Below are positions 25,960-39,669 of a stretch of 64,000 nt of DNA, one piece after another. Both the position numbers and the translations under genes were made by a program. Source of the stretch: Neocallimastix sp. 'constans' (Eukaryota); NCBI GenBank assembly GCA_050613775.1, contig JBODTK010000011.1:62001-126000 (forward strand), given 5' to 3'. Numbering within the stretch: the first letter of the stretch is position 1; the number at the start of each line of letters is the position of its first letter. Below the pieces are notes generated by a model, which ran no database searches, was not told the DNA's origin, and saw nothing but the letters and a program-made list of their open reading frames with translations.

Positions 25960-28270
25960 TTCTTCTCCATCAAAGTAAAGTATTTCTTCGTTAGGTTTAA
26001 TTATACTGATTATTATTTTTACTTGATTTCCCTATTCCATTGTGGCCTAAAATTTCAAATATCTCATTTTCATATGCTTCGAAATTTATATTTTTTAAAG
26101 CATAAATAAAATTTTATCATTTATTTTACATTGATAGCTATTATCTTGTGAATTTTCATTTAGTCTGTATGTTTTTCTATAACTAAATATTTTTGAAACG
26201 TTTCTTATTTCTATATTTTCTTCTTTTATACTAACTTTTTCTATATCACTATAAAATATTAAATCGGAATTAACAATTTTTTGCTTTTTTTATTAGAAGT
26301 ATTAAATAACTATAATGAAACCATTTGACTAATTCTAAATTCTATTAAAAAATAAATAAAGCAGTAAAAAATTTTAAAAAAAATTAAAAATGCACACAAG
26401 GAAAATCCATATAGAATTATAATAATACTTCTAAATAATGTATTATAAAATAGTAATTTTTTAATGCTATATTCATAATAAAAATACCAATTCCAAATAG
26501 CAAAACTTCTACGATATATTATTATTAGAATCAATTGTATTTAATTTTAAATTATTATTTAAATTTAATTTATTTAATATATTATTATGTGTATTATTAA
26601 ATATATTACTCATATTTTTATTATAATTTGAAAAAATATTAAATTTAGTATTATAGTCAACGTCAATATCCATTTCATCAGAAGAAACAGTATCAATTAA
26701 TGTTTTTTCGTTATTGTTATTTGATATATTAACATTTGAAGAAAACATTTTGTGAGAATCTAAATTATTATTAATATTATTATTAAGATTATTAAGATTA
26801 TTTGAGTTTAATTTTTTGAATCTAAATTATTATTAATTTTATTTTATTTTAAAAAATTTAATTTTCCTGAACTTTAATTAATATAATTCTGAATATTTTG
26901 ATTTTCATTTAAATTTAAATTATTATTATTTTGAGTAATACATTTTGGACTTTTAGAACTCATATCATTATTATTTTTATTATTTTGAATTTTTGAATCA
27001 AAATTTAATGAATTTTTATTATTCAAAAATTTTTCATTTTTGATCAGAAATACATTCAAAATCGTTTTCTTCAGCTGAGAAGTAATCTTCTTCACTTATT
27101 TCTAAATTAATTTCATTATTACTATCATTAATATTGTTATCGTTTTGCATATTATTGAAATCTTGATTTGATGGTGTATTTTGGGTAAATACATTATTAT
27201 TTGTTAAATCATTTAAATTTGAATTGATTTCTGGAGATGAATTTTCCAAATTTTCCAAATTTTCGTTTGAATTATTAATGAAAAAATGATCTTTTAATTT
27301 TCAAATTTACTAAAATTAAATTTAAATTTAAAGAAAGATACATTATGTTCTTTGTCTGTAGTAAAATTAGGTAATGAAATATTAGCAGGTTCATCTTCAA
27401 AAGCTAATATTTCTCTAACATAATGTAATTTATAATCCTCATAGTTCATAATTAAATTACTATTTGTTTCTTCATTGAATCCAAGAAAAATTCCTTTAGA
27501 TGCATTTGTTTGAAATTTTCCTTTGTTTTGATTAAAATTCTTGTCATGCATCCAAAAGTTTTTATATGGTTTAATTTAACTTTATACCCATAAAAACTTT
27601 CATCGGGAATATTATTTCTTGATATTTGGTGAGGTGTTTTGTTATAAAAAATTAGCATATAAAATAGCATAATCCCAGAAATTTTCTGACAATTTACTCC
27701 AATATAATTTTGTTTTTGCACATGAAATTAATGTTTGGTTAAATCTTTCAGCTATATTTTTTATTATTATTATTATTTTTCCAACAATGCTTTGCTGTTA
27801 TAAGAACTTCATTATTTTTATTTGCGTAAATGGTAGTAATTCTTTTATAATTTTTATTTGAAACTGTTAATGTAGAAATATTATCTTTTGATATATCAGA
27901 TAAAGTTTTAATTCCAGTTTTCATAATTCTAAAACATTAATCATATTTCTTGTTATTTTTTGAATATAATATTCTATTTAGTATTATTTTGTGACTATTT
28001 ATATAAAAATGAAAATTCACCATGTCCTTCAAAGGTATATGGAGAATCATTTATATATAGAAGAGTTATTTCTTCTTTTTTATAATTTAATAATAGATTT
28101 TTATTATTGATTAAATATTCTCCAGTTCTAGAATCATATAACCAAGTAGATTTATCATAACATTTATTTGATGACACCTCATTATTGTAAATTGAATTAA
28201 TATGACACACTTTTATAATACTTTTTATATTTCGTTCTTTATTTATGTTTTTATTTTTAATTTCATTTTC
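25960..28270 (-). pseudogene. Degenerate Ty1/Copia remnant
   Basis: Protease WLYDSRTGEYL; integrase tail HIKTFGC, ASKGIFLGFNE; Asn-rich linker. Confidence 0.8.
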
Positions 28271-28475
28271 ATTTTCATAATTTTTTATATATTAATAACA
28301 TTATTATAATTTTCTTTATTAATTGGTTTAGTTTTTAATTAATTCATCAGTCATTTTCCTATATTTAATTCTTTTTCTAATCGAATAAAGAAATTATTTT
28401 ATGGAAATAATTTATTTTATAAAAATAATATTAAAATTTGATGATATAATAAATATTTTTCCACCCATAAGTGCA

Positions 28476-28488
28476 GATATCTCTACCA
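28476..28488 (-). promoter_or_regulatory. tRNA-Ala-like PBS variant next to an LTR end
   Basis: Minus strand reads ...GGTATCA-TT-TGGTAGAGATATC; LTR terminus at 28491. Confidence 0.55.
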
Positions 28489-29789
28489 AATGATACCTTA
28501 ATTGTTCGAGGATGTAGTTGATGGGTTAATTTATTTGTATTTATTAAAGGATTATTATATTTTATTATTATAATTGTATATATGAATTGATTCAAGTAAC
28601 AATGTTTACACTTTATTTGTCATTTAAAACTATCTATTTATTTAATTGTTTTTGTGATTAAAATAAACTATTTAATGTGTTTTTTAAGTGATGTATTATA
28701 AAATTTTAATTTATTATTTAATCAAATAATTTATTCAATTTTTCGTTTTTTGAAAAAGTTATAAATTATTAATTAAAATGACTAAAAACTATATTAGTTT
28801 TATATATATACACAATAATATTTTTGAAATATCAAAAGAAATTAATGTTTTTAATATTAGTTTTTTATATTAAAATAAAATAAATATTTATTTAAATATT
28901 TATTTTAGTTAAATTACACATTTTTAAGAAATAAATATTAAATTTAATATAAATTATAATATATAATTTTCTAATTTAATAAAACAAATTAAATAATATG
29001 TGGAAAAATTAACTTTACTCATTTATATATGTATATAGTATATATATTATTGCTTACATTAATCATATCATTTTTATTTCTTTTTATGAAGAATAGTTTT
29101 CGTATTATTCATAATAGATCAAATTTAAAAAATTTTTAATTTTAAAATAAAATCAATTCATACTCTTTTTAGTGTTATATAATTTGGTTATTTTAATATA
29201 AAGTTAAATTATATTATTAATATAAAATGAAAAGAGATTTAATCTGAATTAAAAAAATATAATTGATAATTAATGAATATTATATGATATTAGACTTTTT
29301 TTCAATTCAGAAATTAAGAAAAAGTAATTTCTGCTATAATAATAAAACATAAAAGAATATACAAATATTATTTAAAAAGAAAAAACACATAAAATTCTAT
29401 AAAAGAAAAACTTTATTATAACGCTTCAATTTTTATTCAAAAAATAGTAAATTAGTTAAACTTAAGAAAATAATATTAGGGACGTTCCAAGAAGAGATAT
29501 CAAAAATAGAAAAAAATAATGAACAAAAATAATGAATAAATGAATTAACAAAAACTACAAATTTTATTTAATATAAAGTATATTAATAAAATTTTCATTA
29601 AAAAATAATTACAAAAATACAAATTATTGATTATGAAAAAAATATATTTTCTTCTAAAAATGTCAAATTCAAATTTATGTTAAGAATTAGGAAATAAATA
29701 AAAGAAAGAAAAATAATATTTACCTTATTTGTTATTTTAATATAGATTTAAAATTTTTTTTAATACTAAAGAAATATTAAATATTAAAA

Positions 29790-30401
29790 CTTAAATGCAT
29801 TAAATATATTAATATACAAAAATAATTTATGATAAACTCTTCAGGTTCGATTATCTTTTTTTCTGGGAGAAGTTATATAATTTATTCATGTAATTGTTAA
29901 TATAATTTATCTATATATTTATTAACCTTAAAATTTATATTTAATTAATTAAATACTAAATTTCATAATTTCATCTTGTAATACTATTAAACTACTTTTA
30001 TTTATTTATATAATAAAAATAAATATTAAAAATGACAATAACGTTTTACCATTGCAAATACAAAGAATAAGTATAAAGAAAAAGTATTCTTTATATAGTA
30101 CTCTTTAGTTATAAAGTATTTTAAAATAATAAGAATTAATTATTTAGTTAAATACTATAAAAATATAATATAAATAATATTTATTACATATAAAAATATA
30201 TTAAATAATTGAATTGAAATAAAACTTAATTTATAAATTATTTACATATTATTAAATATATATTATAAATTTTATGTTTACATTAATTTTTATGTATTTG
30301 TATAGAATTTATGATATTACATATATCTATTTGATATGAAACTAATATGTGTAGTAACATTTTAGTATATTTAATAATAATTATTAAATATTAAATTTAC
30401 A
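29790..30401 (+). repeat. LTR-like repeat family X
   Basis: Core CAGGTTCGATTATC..GGGAGAAGTT; 3' part 'atatgtgtagtaacat...aaatattaaatttaca' matches 62070-62126; left boundary approximate. Confidence 0.7.
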
Positions 30402-31370
30402 TCTTTCTGTCAATAATAATTTATAGAATGTAAAGATGTGATTATTCCAATCACATTTTAAAATAAAAAAATTTCTTGTGTAATTCAAAAATGTAAATTA
30501 TTCTTTGATTTATAATATAATAAATAAAATAAATAAATTATATTAATTAAATTTATGAATTATATTCTTTAAGCCACAAGACAAATTTTTAATGAATAAT
30601 TTTTATAAAATTAATTCTGAGAAAATTATTGTTTTTCAATGATTTAAATCAATTGATTAAAGTTTAAAACAAAATAAATTAATAATTTATTTTGTGAAAA
30701 TTAAGTTTCAAGATTTAATCATGACTCTTTTAGCATTGTTTTTAAATTGAAATTAAATAAAAAATTTACTTATTATATTAAAATAATAAATAGATAATAA
30801 ATGTACTTAATTTAAAATATTTAGTATTTATTTTAATTAATAATTATATTTTTCTAAATTTAGCTATAGTTTATAAATTTATTATTTAATAAAATTAATT
30901 AGGATATTTTTATATTAGAATATATGTAATTTAAATAAAATAATATATTATTAATGTATTTAGGAAAAGTATAAATAGAAGATATTTTTCACATTTTTTT
31001 TCGATGTAATTGTTATTAACTATTATTAATTATAAAATATTAAGAAAGAAGATTTTTTAATAGAAAATTTAATAAAATAAAATTATATCCTAAAGTTATT
31101 GTAATCTATTTTAGTGTTTCTTTTACATAAAATAATTCTTTATTATTTTATTCATATATTATTAAATATTTATTCATATAAAATATTTATAATAAATTTA
31201 TTTATTAAGTTAAATAATTATTTTATACTTATATAATATTCTTATTGTATAAAAATTAAATATTCTTATTTATCTTAACGTTTATATTAAATATGAATAA
31301 TTCTTCTATATATTATAATATAATAAAATAGTTATAATTTTTTATATTATATTATAATTAAATATAGAGT

Positions 31371-31590
31371 TGATATTATTTATTATATTCCTATATATTA
31401 TTATTTTTATATTTATTTTATATTATTAAACTATAATTTGTATGTAAAATAATCCTAAGTAATAACGATCCTTCTCGTAATTATTAAACAGAGGTTGATT
31501 TGGTTATTTTCTAGGATATGAAAATATTAATATTAATAAAAAATAATAATACTAGTAAAAATTAATTACACATAAAAACCCCGCATATTA
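31371..31590 (+). repeat. Short solo-LTR-like repeat related to 62132-62622 and ~36490-36680
   Basis: Starts TGATA and ends cacataaaaaccccgcatatta, versus cacataaaagtcccgtatatca at 62601-62622. Confidence 0.55.
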
Positions 31591-31683
31591 TATTTATGAT
31601 AATTAATCAGGTGATAATTTAATGTTTATTAATTTATTTTTATGTAATTATTAATAAAATAATTATTTATTAATTAAAATATA

Positions 31684-33540
31684 GGGAAAGTGAATTTCCA
31701 AAAATTTCATATCGAAAAGTTGCATTTCGCAATTTTTAATAAATAGATAAATAAATAATAAATAAATAATAAAATTATTACGATATATTAATAAATAAAA
31801 AAATATTAATATTAATTAATTAAATAAATACTTTTTATTTTTTAATTTATTATATAAATAAGAAATTTAACCAATAATCTTAGAATTATTTTTCTTTTCA
31901 TAGATTATTGAATCAATAAAATAATAATTATAATAATAAAATTTAATAAAAATAATAATTATTAATTATTTATAATTTGAAAAATAAAACTTTTAAATAT
32001 TAAATATTAAAAAAATGAAATAATTTTAAAAAGGACTTTTATATTGCTATATATTAAAAAAATCAATTTAAATTAAAAAAAAAAACTAAATTTTATTTGA
32101 AATTTATATAATTAAATATATTTAATAATATTGAATAATTGAAAATTAATCAAAAATATTTAACAAAATGGAAGAAATAAAATAGATATTAGTGAAACTA
32201 ATAGAGGAAAAGTGCAAATAATTATTAAAAAAATATAATTATTTATTTACTAAATAGAATATATCAAAGATATATAGATGTACCTAATATAAAACTTTAA
32301 ATAAATCTAAAATTTACATTATTTTAAATAAAGAAATATTAAAATTTGAAGGTGTTCATAATCATTTCGAACAGGGATATAACACCGCTCTATCATTAAC
32401 AAAGTATAAAATAAAAAAAAATTAAAAAAAAGTTCAATTCCTTTAGATATAAAACCAAAAATATTTAATCATATTTCACAAGACATTGGTTTTATATGTC
32501 CTGAATATAAATCTATATAATCACAAATAATAAGAGATATAAATAAACAATTTCCTCCAAATATATCAAGTTTTGAGGAAAATCCAGAAAAACATTATTT
32601 ATATTTTATAAAAAAAAATGAAAATTTAAAGATATTCAAAAATCAAAATGTAGTAATTTTCAGTCTCCATTTCAAGCATTTTTATTTAAAAAATGTTGTG
32701 ATGATCTTTTTGTGGATGATTTACTTTCTATGTAGCTCTTGATTTTAGTTATCCGGTTTTCATTACAAGAAATTTTGTTCCATAATTAAATGAATTTTAT
32801 ACCACTTCTTTTTCTATTTTAAAAAATAAAAAACAAGAAACCTATAGAACAATAATTGAAGTAATAAAATAATTGTGATATTACAAAAGACAATGAAAGA
32901 CAATGGGTTTGCTCCAAAAAATCTTCATTGTGACTTTGAAAGATCTATATCTAATGCCACAATAATTGTATTTCTAGATATAAATATTAGATATTGTATT
33001 TGGCATTATAAATGATCATTGTAGCATCATTAAAATAAAATATGCTTTAATGAAGTAAATTATAACAGAGATTTATGTTTATTATAATGCTATATTAAAT
33101 TTACCTTTTATAAATCTTGTATTGAAAATAATTATAACCAATTTTTAATATTTTTGGAATATTTTAGAAAAACATATTTAATTATTTATGATATTGAAAA
33201 TTGGAATTACTATAATAATACTGAATATATAACAAATAATGGCTCTGAATCCTTTAATAATTATTTAAATGACTTATTTTCAAAAAAAGAAACTTATTTT
33301 AGATTAATATATACATTAAATAATGATGTATCTTTATATTCAGATACCTACGAAAGAAAAAAGTTTGGGATATGGAACAAACAAAAGAGAAAAACATTAA
33401 CAAGAACTAATAAGATCAAAAAAATTATTGAAAATTACAAGAAAATGGAATTATTTTTAATTGGTAATGAAAGAAATAGATGCCATGTTGCTGGATTATG
33501 GTTTGAATATTTAATTAATTTAAATAATAAAACTAATTAA
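31684..33540 (+). mobile_element. Mutator-like (MULE) DNA transposon relic
   Basis: Broken transposase with ETNRGK, YRC...HNH zinc-finger-like segment, LHCDFERSISNA, IRYCIWHY, TNNGSESFNNYLN; G-rich candidate left terminus at 31684; right TIR not seen. Confidence 0.85.
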
Positions 33541-33761
33541 ATTAGAATTTTATTTATTTTTCTAACTTTTTATAAAGTAAGATTATAATTAAACCTATAA
33601 CTTTAATTATTAATTTTAGTTATTTTTTAATAATTAAATTATAGCTAAAGTATCAAATAAAACATATACTCAATTTATTTAGTATAAATATATCAATAGT
33701 TTAAATTTAATTATTATAACACTATTATTAATATCAATACCAAATTATATACATATTCGTT

Positions 33762-34119
33762 TTCCACATAGAGGTAATGACAATAAATTATCCTATGAAA
33801 TCTTATAAAAACAAGAAAATTGACTTTAACAAATTAAAAGTTTTTCAGTGTCAAGTATTCTTCTATATCCCAAAACAATTTAGAAAGAAATATGAAAATT
33901 TTTACTCATCCAGGAATTTTCATAGGATACAACCAAAACCCAGCTGCATATAAAATATATGATAAAATAAACAACAAAGTAGTATTGACAAGAGCTGTTG
34001 AATATTTTGAGGATACCCCAGGAAGTTTAAATGGACCTTTATCCATTCCTGATATAATTAACTTATCAAATATGGAAGAAGAAAAGGACAGAGTAGACTT
34101 TTATAGGGTATTTAATTAA
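33762..34119 (+). pseudogene. Copia integrase C-terminal fragment, Copia-B-related
   Basis: THPGIFIGYNQNPAAYKIYDKINNKVVL closely resembles 58360-58460. Confidence 0.85.
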
Positions 34120-34255
34120 TTTTTTTTATATGGCATGACTCATTACCTTTAGGGAATTTAATTATCTAATTTAGAATTTCTGATAGTTTTCTCCTTGACA
34201 TAATTTTATTGTCCGGCTTAGGAATTCTCTTTCAGAGAACCCTTTTGAGGGTCAC

Positions 34256-34465
34256 TTAGACTCTTAATCTATTAACAGTTATTTATTGTATTGAGTTTAT
34301 TAATATATATTATTATCAAGAATTACTGAAGAATTACCAAAGTATAATTCCATAATAATTTATATATATTTATATGAATAATTTGTGGCTTATACATTTA
34401 TTTAATATATAAAGTGTCAATATATAATAAATACATTTCAAATTTATTTAACATATATACTAACA
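34256..34465 (-). mobile_element. LTR plus tRNA-Lys-half PBS of a truncated, probably Copia, element
   Basis: Minus strand reads ...TGTTAATA|GATTAAGAGTCTAA; LTR runs from 34270 to a TAACA at ~34452-34465; no coding sequence follows. Confidence 0.6.
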
Positions 34466-34539
34466 ATTATCATTGATATTATTATTATTATTATTATTAC
34501 AATTATTGATATTATTATATTATAATTATTATTATAACT

Positions 34540-36414
34540 GACATTAGAATTTGTCAATTGTATATTGGTACTTTACCTTTCAATATATAAATTGGAGTAA
34601 TTGAATAAAGAATCAATAGTTTTTGATGAGAATAAATAAATAAGCATCTCTAGCAGTAATGATAAAGTTTGTAGAAATATTTAAAATTCAGTAATTAGAA
34701 AAATTTTCAGGATAACCAAGAAAAATATCATGTTTAGAATTATTTTCAAATTTATTTGTTTTATGATTATTAAAAAAATGCTTATAACCGAATACTTTAA
34801 TATTTTTGATATTTAAAATAGTATTAAATGTAAATAAATTTTCATCATTTGAGTAAATATTGCCAATAATATTAATATCTTTATTAATTATTTGTAATCT
34901 ATCTTTTTATTGATATTTTCCATAAATATTTATTGCCAAGATATAAGATATGATGTGTTGAGATTAGATTGTTTTTATGTTTGGCACATAATGTACATTT
35001 GATAATTTGAATTTATTACTTTTGAAATTTCCATAATATGTATTAGAACAATTGATTTTATCAGTGGTACCATTTAGAATATTATTGTTTTATCATTAGA
35101 ATTTTGAATATTTCGTTACATTTAATATTGTTTTGTAATAAAGATTATATTACCAGTAAAGTTAATGTAATCATTATTTGTGTCTGATGAATACTCTGAA
35201 TTATTTTCATTTATCTTTTAAGAGTGAAATATATTTTTGTTTTTAATATTATTTTTATTATTATTATATTTACTTTTATTTTTATTTTTATTATTTTTAT
35301 TGAATGGATTATAGTAATATTCTTCTCTAATATAATCATCTTTTTTTACATAAGAGACAGTATTTGATTTTATATTTATATTATTTCTATTTCTTGAATT
35401 GTTTGGTTTATTTTGATTGTTATTACTTTTGTATTCAGTTTGCTTGCTACTGTTTGAAATAATTAATTTTATTATTTTCATTATTATTATAAATTTGAGT
35501 GTTTAAATAACTGTTGATTCTTTTTTCATGATTTCCCATTTTTTGCAAATTATCATGAAATTCATTGAATTTTTTATATTTATAAGTTAATATAAAAATT
35601 AGATCTAATATCTTTTAATTTAGCGCGGTGTAGATGATTTTACTTTCTTCAGGTAGTTTGTTTTAATTTAATTTGTTACATTCTATGTTATATTGTTCTA
35701 ATAGATTTTTGAGTTCATAGGGATATAGAATATAATTGTTATTATTAATTTCTAAAATTTTGATTTTTTACATTAATAAATTTAATAAGGATTCTCCTGA
35801 TTTGTAGAATTGTTTTTTAAGTCTATCAGTCATTTGGTATGCAGTCCTACAACCTTTTTAATAAGCCTGAGTTTCTTAGTCGAAACTATCTGATATTATT
35901 GATTGAAATTCTTTATCATATTTTATTTGCTTGCTAGTCATGTCATCATAAACAAATTCTTTTTCAATATATTCATCATAATCTTGTACAATTAGATGAC
36001 GTTTTAATTCAATAAATCAATCTTCAAAATTTGGGGAATTTAATTTAATATCTTTTAATCAAATACTGATTTAATTAGTAAATCTTTATTGATATAATTT
36101 GAAATAAAATTTCATTTTGTGGAACATTACTCTTATCCTTATTAATGACTTAATTTTTAATCATAGTAGGGGTTGATAAAGAAGAAGCCGAACTAGCTTC
36201 GAAGATTTCTGTTTCTTGAGTTTTTTTTCTTCCCATGACTTTAAACATTAAATTTTTAATAAAATTTTATTTATTTTTTTTTATTTAATTATTTAATAAA
36301 TTAATTATACATTTATTTATTTTTAATATAAATTTAAATTTGAATATAGTAATTTTAATAAATATATAATATTATTTAAATGTATTTATGGTCTCTTTCA
36401 TATGACTCTTAATC
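34540..36414 (-). pseudogene. Degenerate Copia (Copia-A-related) with PBS at 36401-36414
   Basis: Gag relic KGCRTAYQMTDRLKKQFYKSGES, similar to Copia-A KGCKTAFEMMSRLKERYYQTGQS; integrase tail IKVFG...FENNSKHDIFLGY. Confidence 0.75.
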
Positions 36415-36737
36415 TTTCAATGAGTGAAGCTCAGATTAATTATTTTATGTTATATATTTTATTTATAATTAAATATATATATAGTTAATATTATTTATTA
36501 TATTATTATTTATAATATATTATATTCTTATATATTATTATATATATTTATATTAATCAACTATAATTTTTATATATAAATAATCCTAATAATAACCATT
36601 CTTTCTATTTTTATTTAATATTGAGAAGTTAACTTGATTATAATTTTAGGAAAACATATTAATATTAATAAAAATTTTTTAAGTTTGTCTTTATGATTAT
36701 TATTATCATTATTATATATAATAAACTTTTGACCTAG

Positions 36738-37130
36738 TTGAGAGATTTAACCAAACAATTATTTCATGTGCTAAAAAACATTACTATATTGGAGCAACTT
36801 GGTCAAATTTTTTGGAATTATGTTGTAATATATGCAAATTACCTACATAATCAGGCTCGGCACTCTGAAATCAATAATAAAACCCCAAATGAAATTTTCT
36901 TCAACAAAAAAATAAACATTAATCATATTTGAATGTTTGGTTGTATTGCCAATTATTTTATTGAAAATAATAATATAAATAAAATAAACCCCAAATCAAA
37001 AAAGGAAATTATCTGGAATACAAGTAAACTTCAAATTCATACATTGTGATGGATTTTGAAAATTATAAAATACATCATGTTTTGAGGATTCACCAGCGAA
37101 CATTTCATTTTCATGTATACTAAACAAAAC
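36738..37130 (+). pseudogene. Copia integrase fragment
   Basis: FWNYVVIYANYLHN...NNKTPNEIFF...HI*MFGC. Confidence 0.8.
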
Positions 37131-37399
37131 ATCTATAATAATTTCTTCCATTAAAATACAAAATTGTTGAATGAAAATAATTACTATAAGTACAGATTTA
37201 AATTGTCTAGATAAAAATCTTAGTCCTTATAGAAAATAATAATAATAATAATTTCATATATCAATGGATTTTATTATAATAAATTAATCCATAACAAATT
37301 GGATTATAGTAATTAAATTATTATTATGAAACTTCAAATAATTTCAGTAATAAATTAAAATATAAATTAAATCACTAAAGCAATGGAGATCATTTTTTT

Positions 37400-39669
37400 C
37401 AGGGTTGTAAGGAAGGAGAATAAATTTTTGTTATAACAATTTACTGCTCAATTTTATCAATTTTTTATTTTAGTATTTACGTCCATGATCTGATTTGAAA
37501 AACCTAATTATATAATTATCAAATATGTCGTTCAAACACTTCAAAGTTTCTAAAATTAAATTGATGCCGTCCTATTTATTTTTCATAATGAATAATCAGC
37601 CTTTTCATGCTGCTTCATCAATAAATGTTAAAATAATGCTCTATCCATTTATGGATTCATTCAAAGGAACAAATATATCAGAGTGTATAATTTCTAATTT
37701 TTAGTGGATTTCTCAATAGTTTTATTGTGTGATTTTCTCTTCATATTAACTTATTTTGCAATCTATATATATTTGTTCTTTAATATTGTGTAAATCCAAA
37801 TATTTTTTTAGATTTTAGTGATAAAAACGTCAAATTAACTTACTTTTTTCATCTAATTTCTGGACTGAATTAATTATGTCTGTTTCATTATGAAAATACA
37901 ATTCAGAAGTAATAAATATTTGATTATTGTTTTAAGTATATACACCAATAGGTTTATTTCTTTAATTAATAAATTTTAGTGCAACCTGATTTTTAAATAA
38001 TTCTGAAATAGTTTTAATATTATTTTGTATTAATATTATAATGCTTAATATAATCATTTTTACTTTTGGTGTATATAATACCTTAGATAAGTTAATATGA
38101 TGATTATTTATTTTGGGAAAACATTCATCATATCCTTTAAATTTTAGTAATAAATTAAAATATAAATTAAATCACTAAAGCAATGGAGATCAAAAGTTTA
38201 TTATATATATAATAATGATAATAAGGTTCCGTTGCCACAATTAACTCAATTTTTTCTTGTTTAAAATTTGATAATATATTAATATTATTGACTATATGTA
38301 TATATAAAACTGGAATATAAATCAATATATTAATGAATTATTTTTCATTTAGTTACTATTTTGATTTGTGTCATTATCGATATAATTTATATTATATTCG
38401 TTTTACTTGGAAATGAATTACAATTGAAAGTTAAATGAATATTGACATTTAAATATTTAATAGATTCTTCATTACATGATGCGTAATATAAACATCCAAT
38501 CGTCTTTTCAGTAGTCTTACATTGTAATAATTATTATTGTCAATGTTAACATTATTCGTTGGATTATCTGTACTACCAATACAATTCATGTTATTTGTTT
38601 GAACTAAGGGAATGATTATATTTTCTATTTTTAATATATTTTTTATTGGTTAATAAATTAAATCTACACTTAATGTATATTATGGTTATGTTTATAACAA
38701 ATATGCCAGTATAATTTATTTTTTTTATTATCATTTTTATTTGTAATAATTCTTCCATTTCTATTATATTTATTTTCGTTATGTTCTTTATAATAATTTT
38801 TAAATTTCTTATGTATTTTTCCAATATTATTACAGTTATTTGGTTTATTTTATAACTGTTGATTGAATTATTATTATTGTTATTGTACCAATCCTTTAAA
38901 TAATGCTTTCATACCTATTTTTGATTTTAAATTATTGTAATAATCTTCTGAAGATGTCCTTTAATCAATATTAACAATATTTTTATATTTGGGAAATATA
39001 TTATATATATTTTATTTTTTCTATATTTGATAAGTAAACATTAGTTTTCTTCATATTATTAAAAATATCAAATATTTTATCCAATGTCTTTATTAATTCA
39101 AATTTAATAATAATTTGATTTTAAAGAATTAATTCTTTAATCCGAAAAATTATATCTGCTTGTTGATCATATTTAGAACTTTTTTAATCTTTTTATCATT
39201 TGAGAAACCGTTTCAGAGTATTTTATTTCATTGAATTCATTTCCTTGAACATTTTTTATTATCATTAGTTTTAGTTCACCATCAATCTATATTATTATTT
39301 TTTATATTATTTTTAAATTCTCTGATGGTATCTTTTATTATTTAGTCATATATTTAATCCTGCTTTTTTAGTAGTTTGTTTGAAAATTTTGAACCAATAT
39401 CTAAAATCTTTGGTTCCAGACAACTTTTGCTATCATGTAGTTTTATATCGTCTTTTATCTCACTGTAGTAATGTACAGTATTCATATTTATTATTATTAA
39501 TTTTTTATTTAATTATATTTTATTTTAAAGTACTGAGACTCTTAATCTATTAGAATTTTAAGACTTAGTTTTTATTTTAAGTATTTTCAAGTGTTTTTAT
39601 TCTAGTACATAAAGCTAAATTACTTAATGCTATTTATCATAAAATATATAGTAATTATTATAGTTAACA
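37400..39669 (-). mobile_element. Degenerate Copia with 5' LTR (~39548-39669) and PBS (39534-39547)
   Basis: PBS GATTAAGAGTCTCA on the minus strand; gag, protease (VLYTPKVK) and integrase (LEIIHSD, LTFIDE) relics. Confidence 0.7.
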
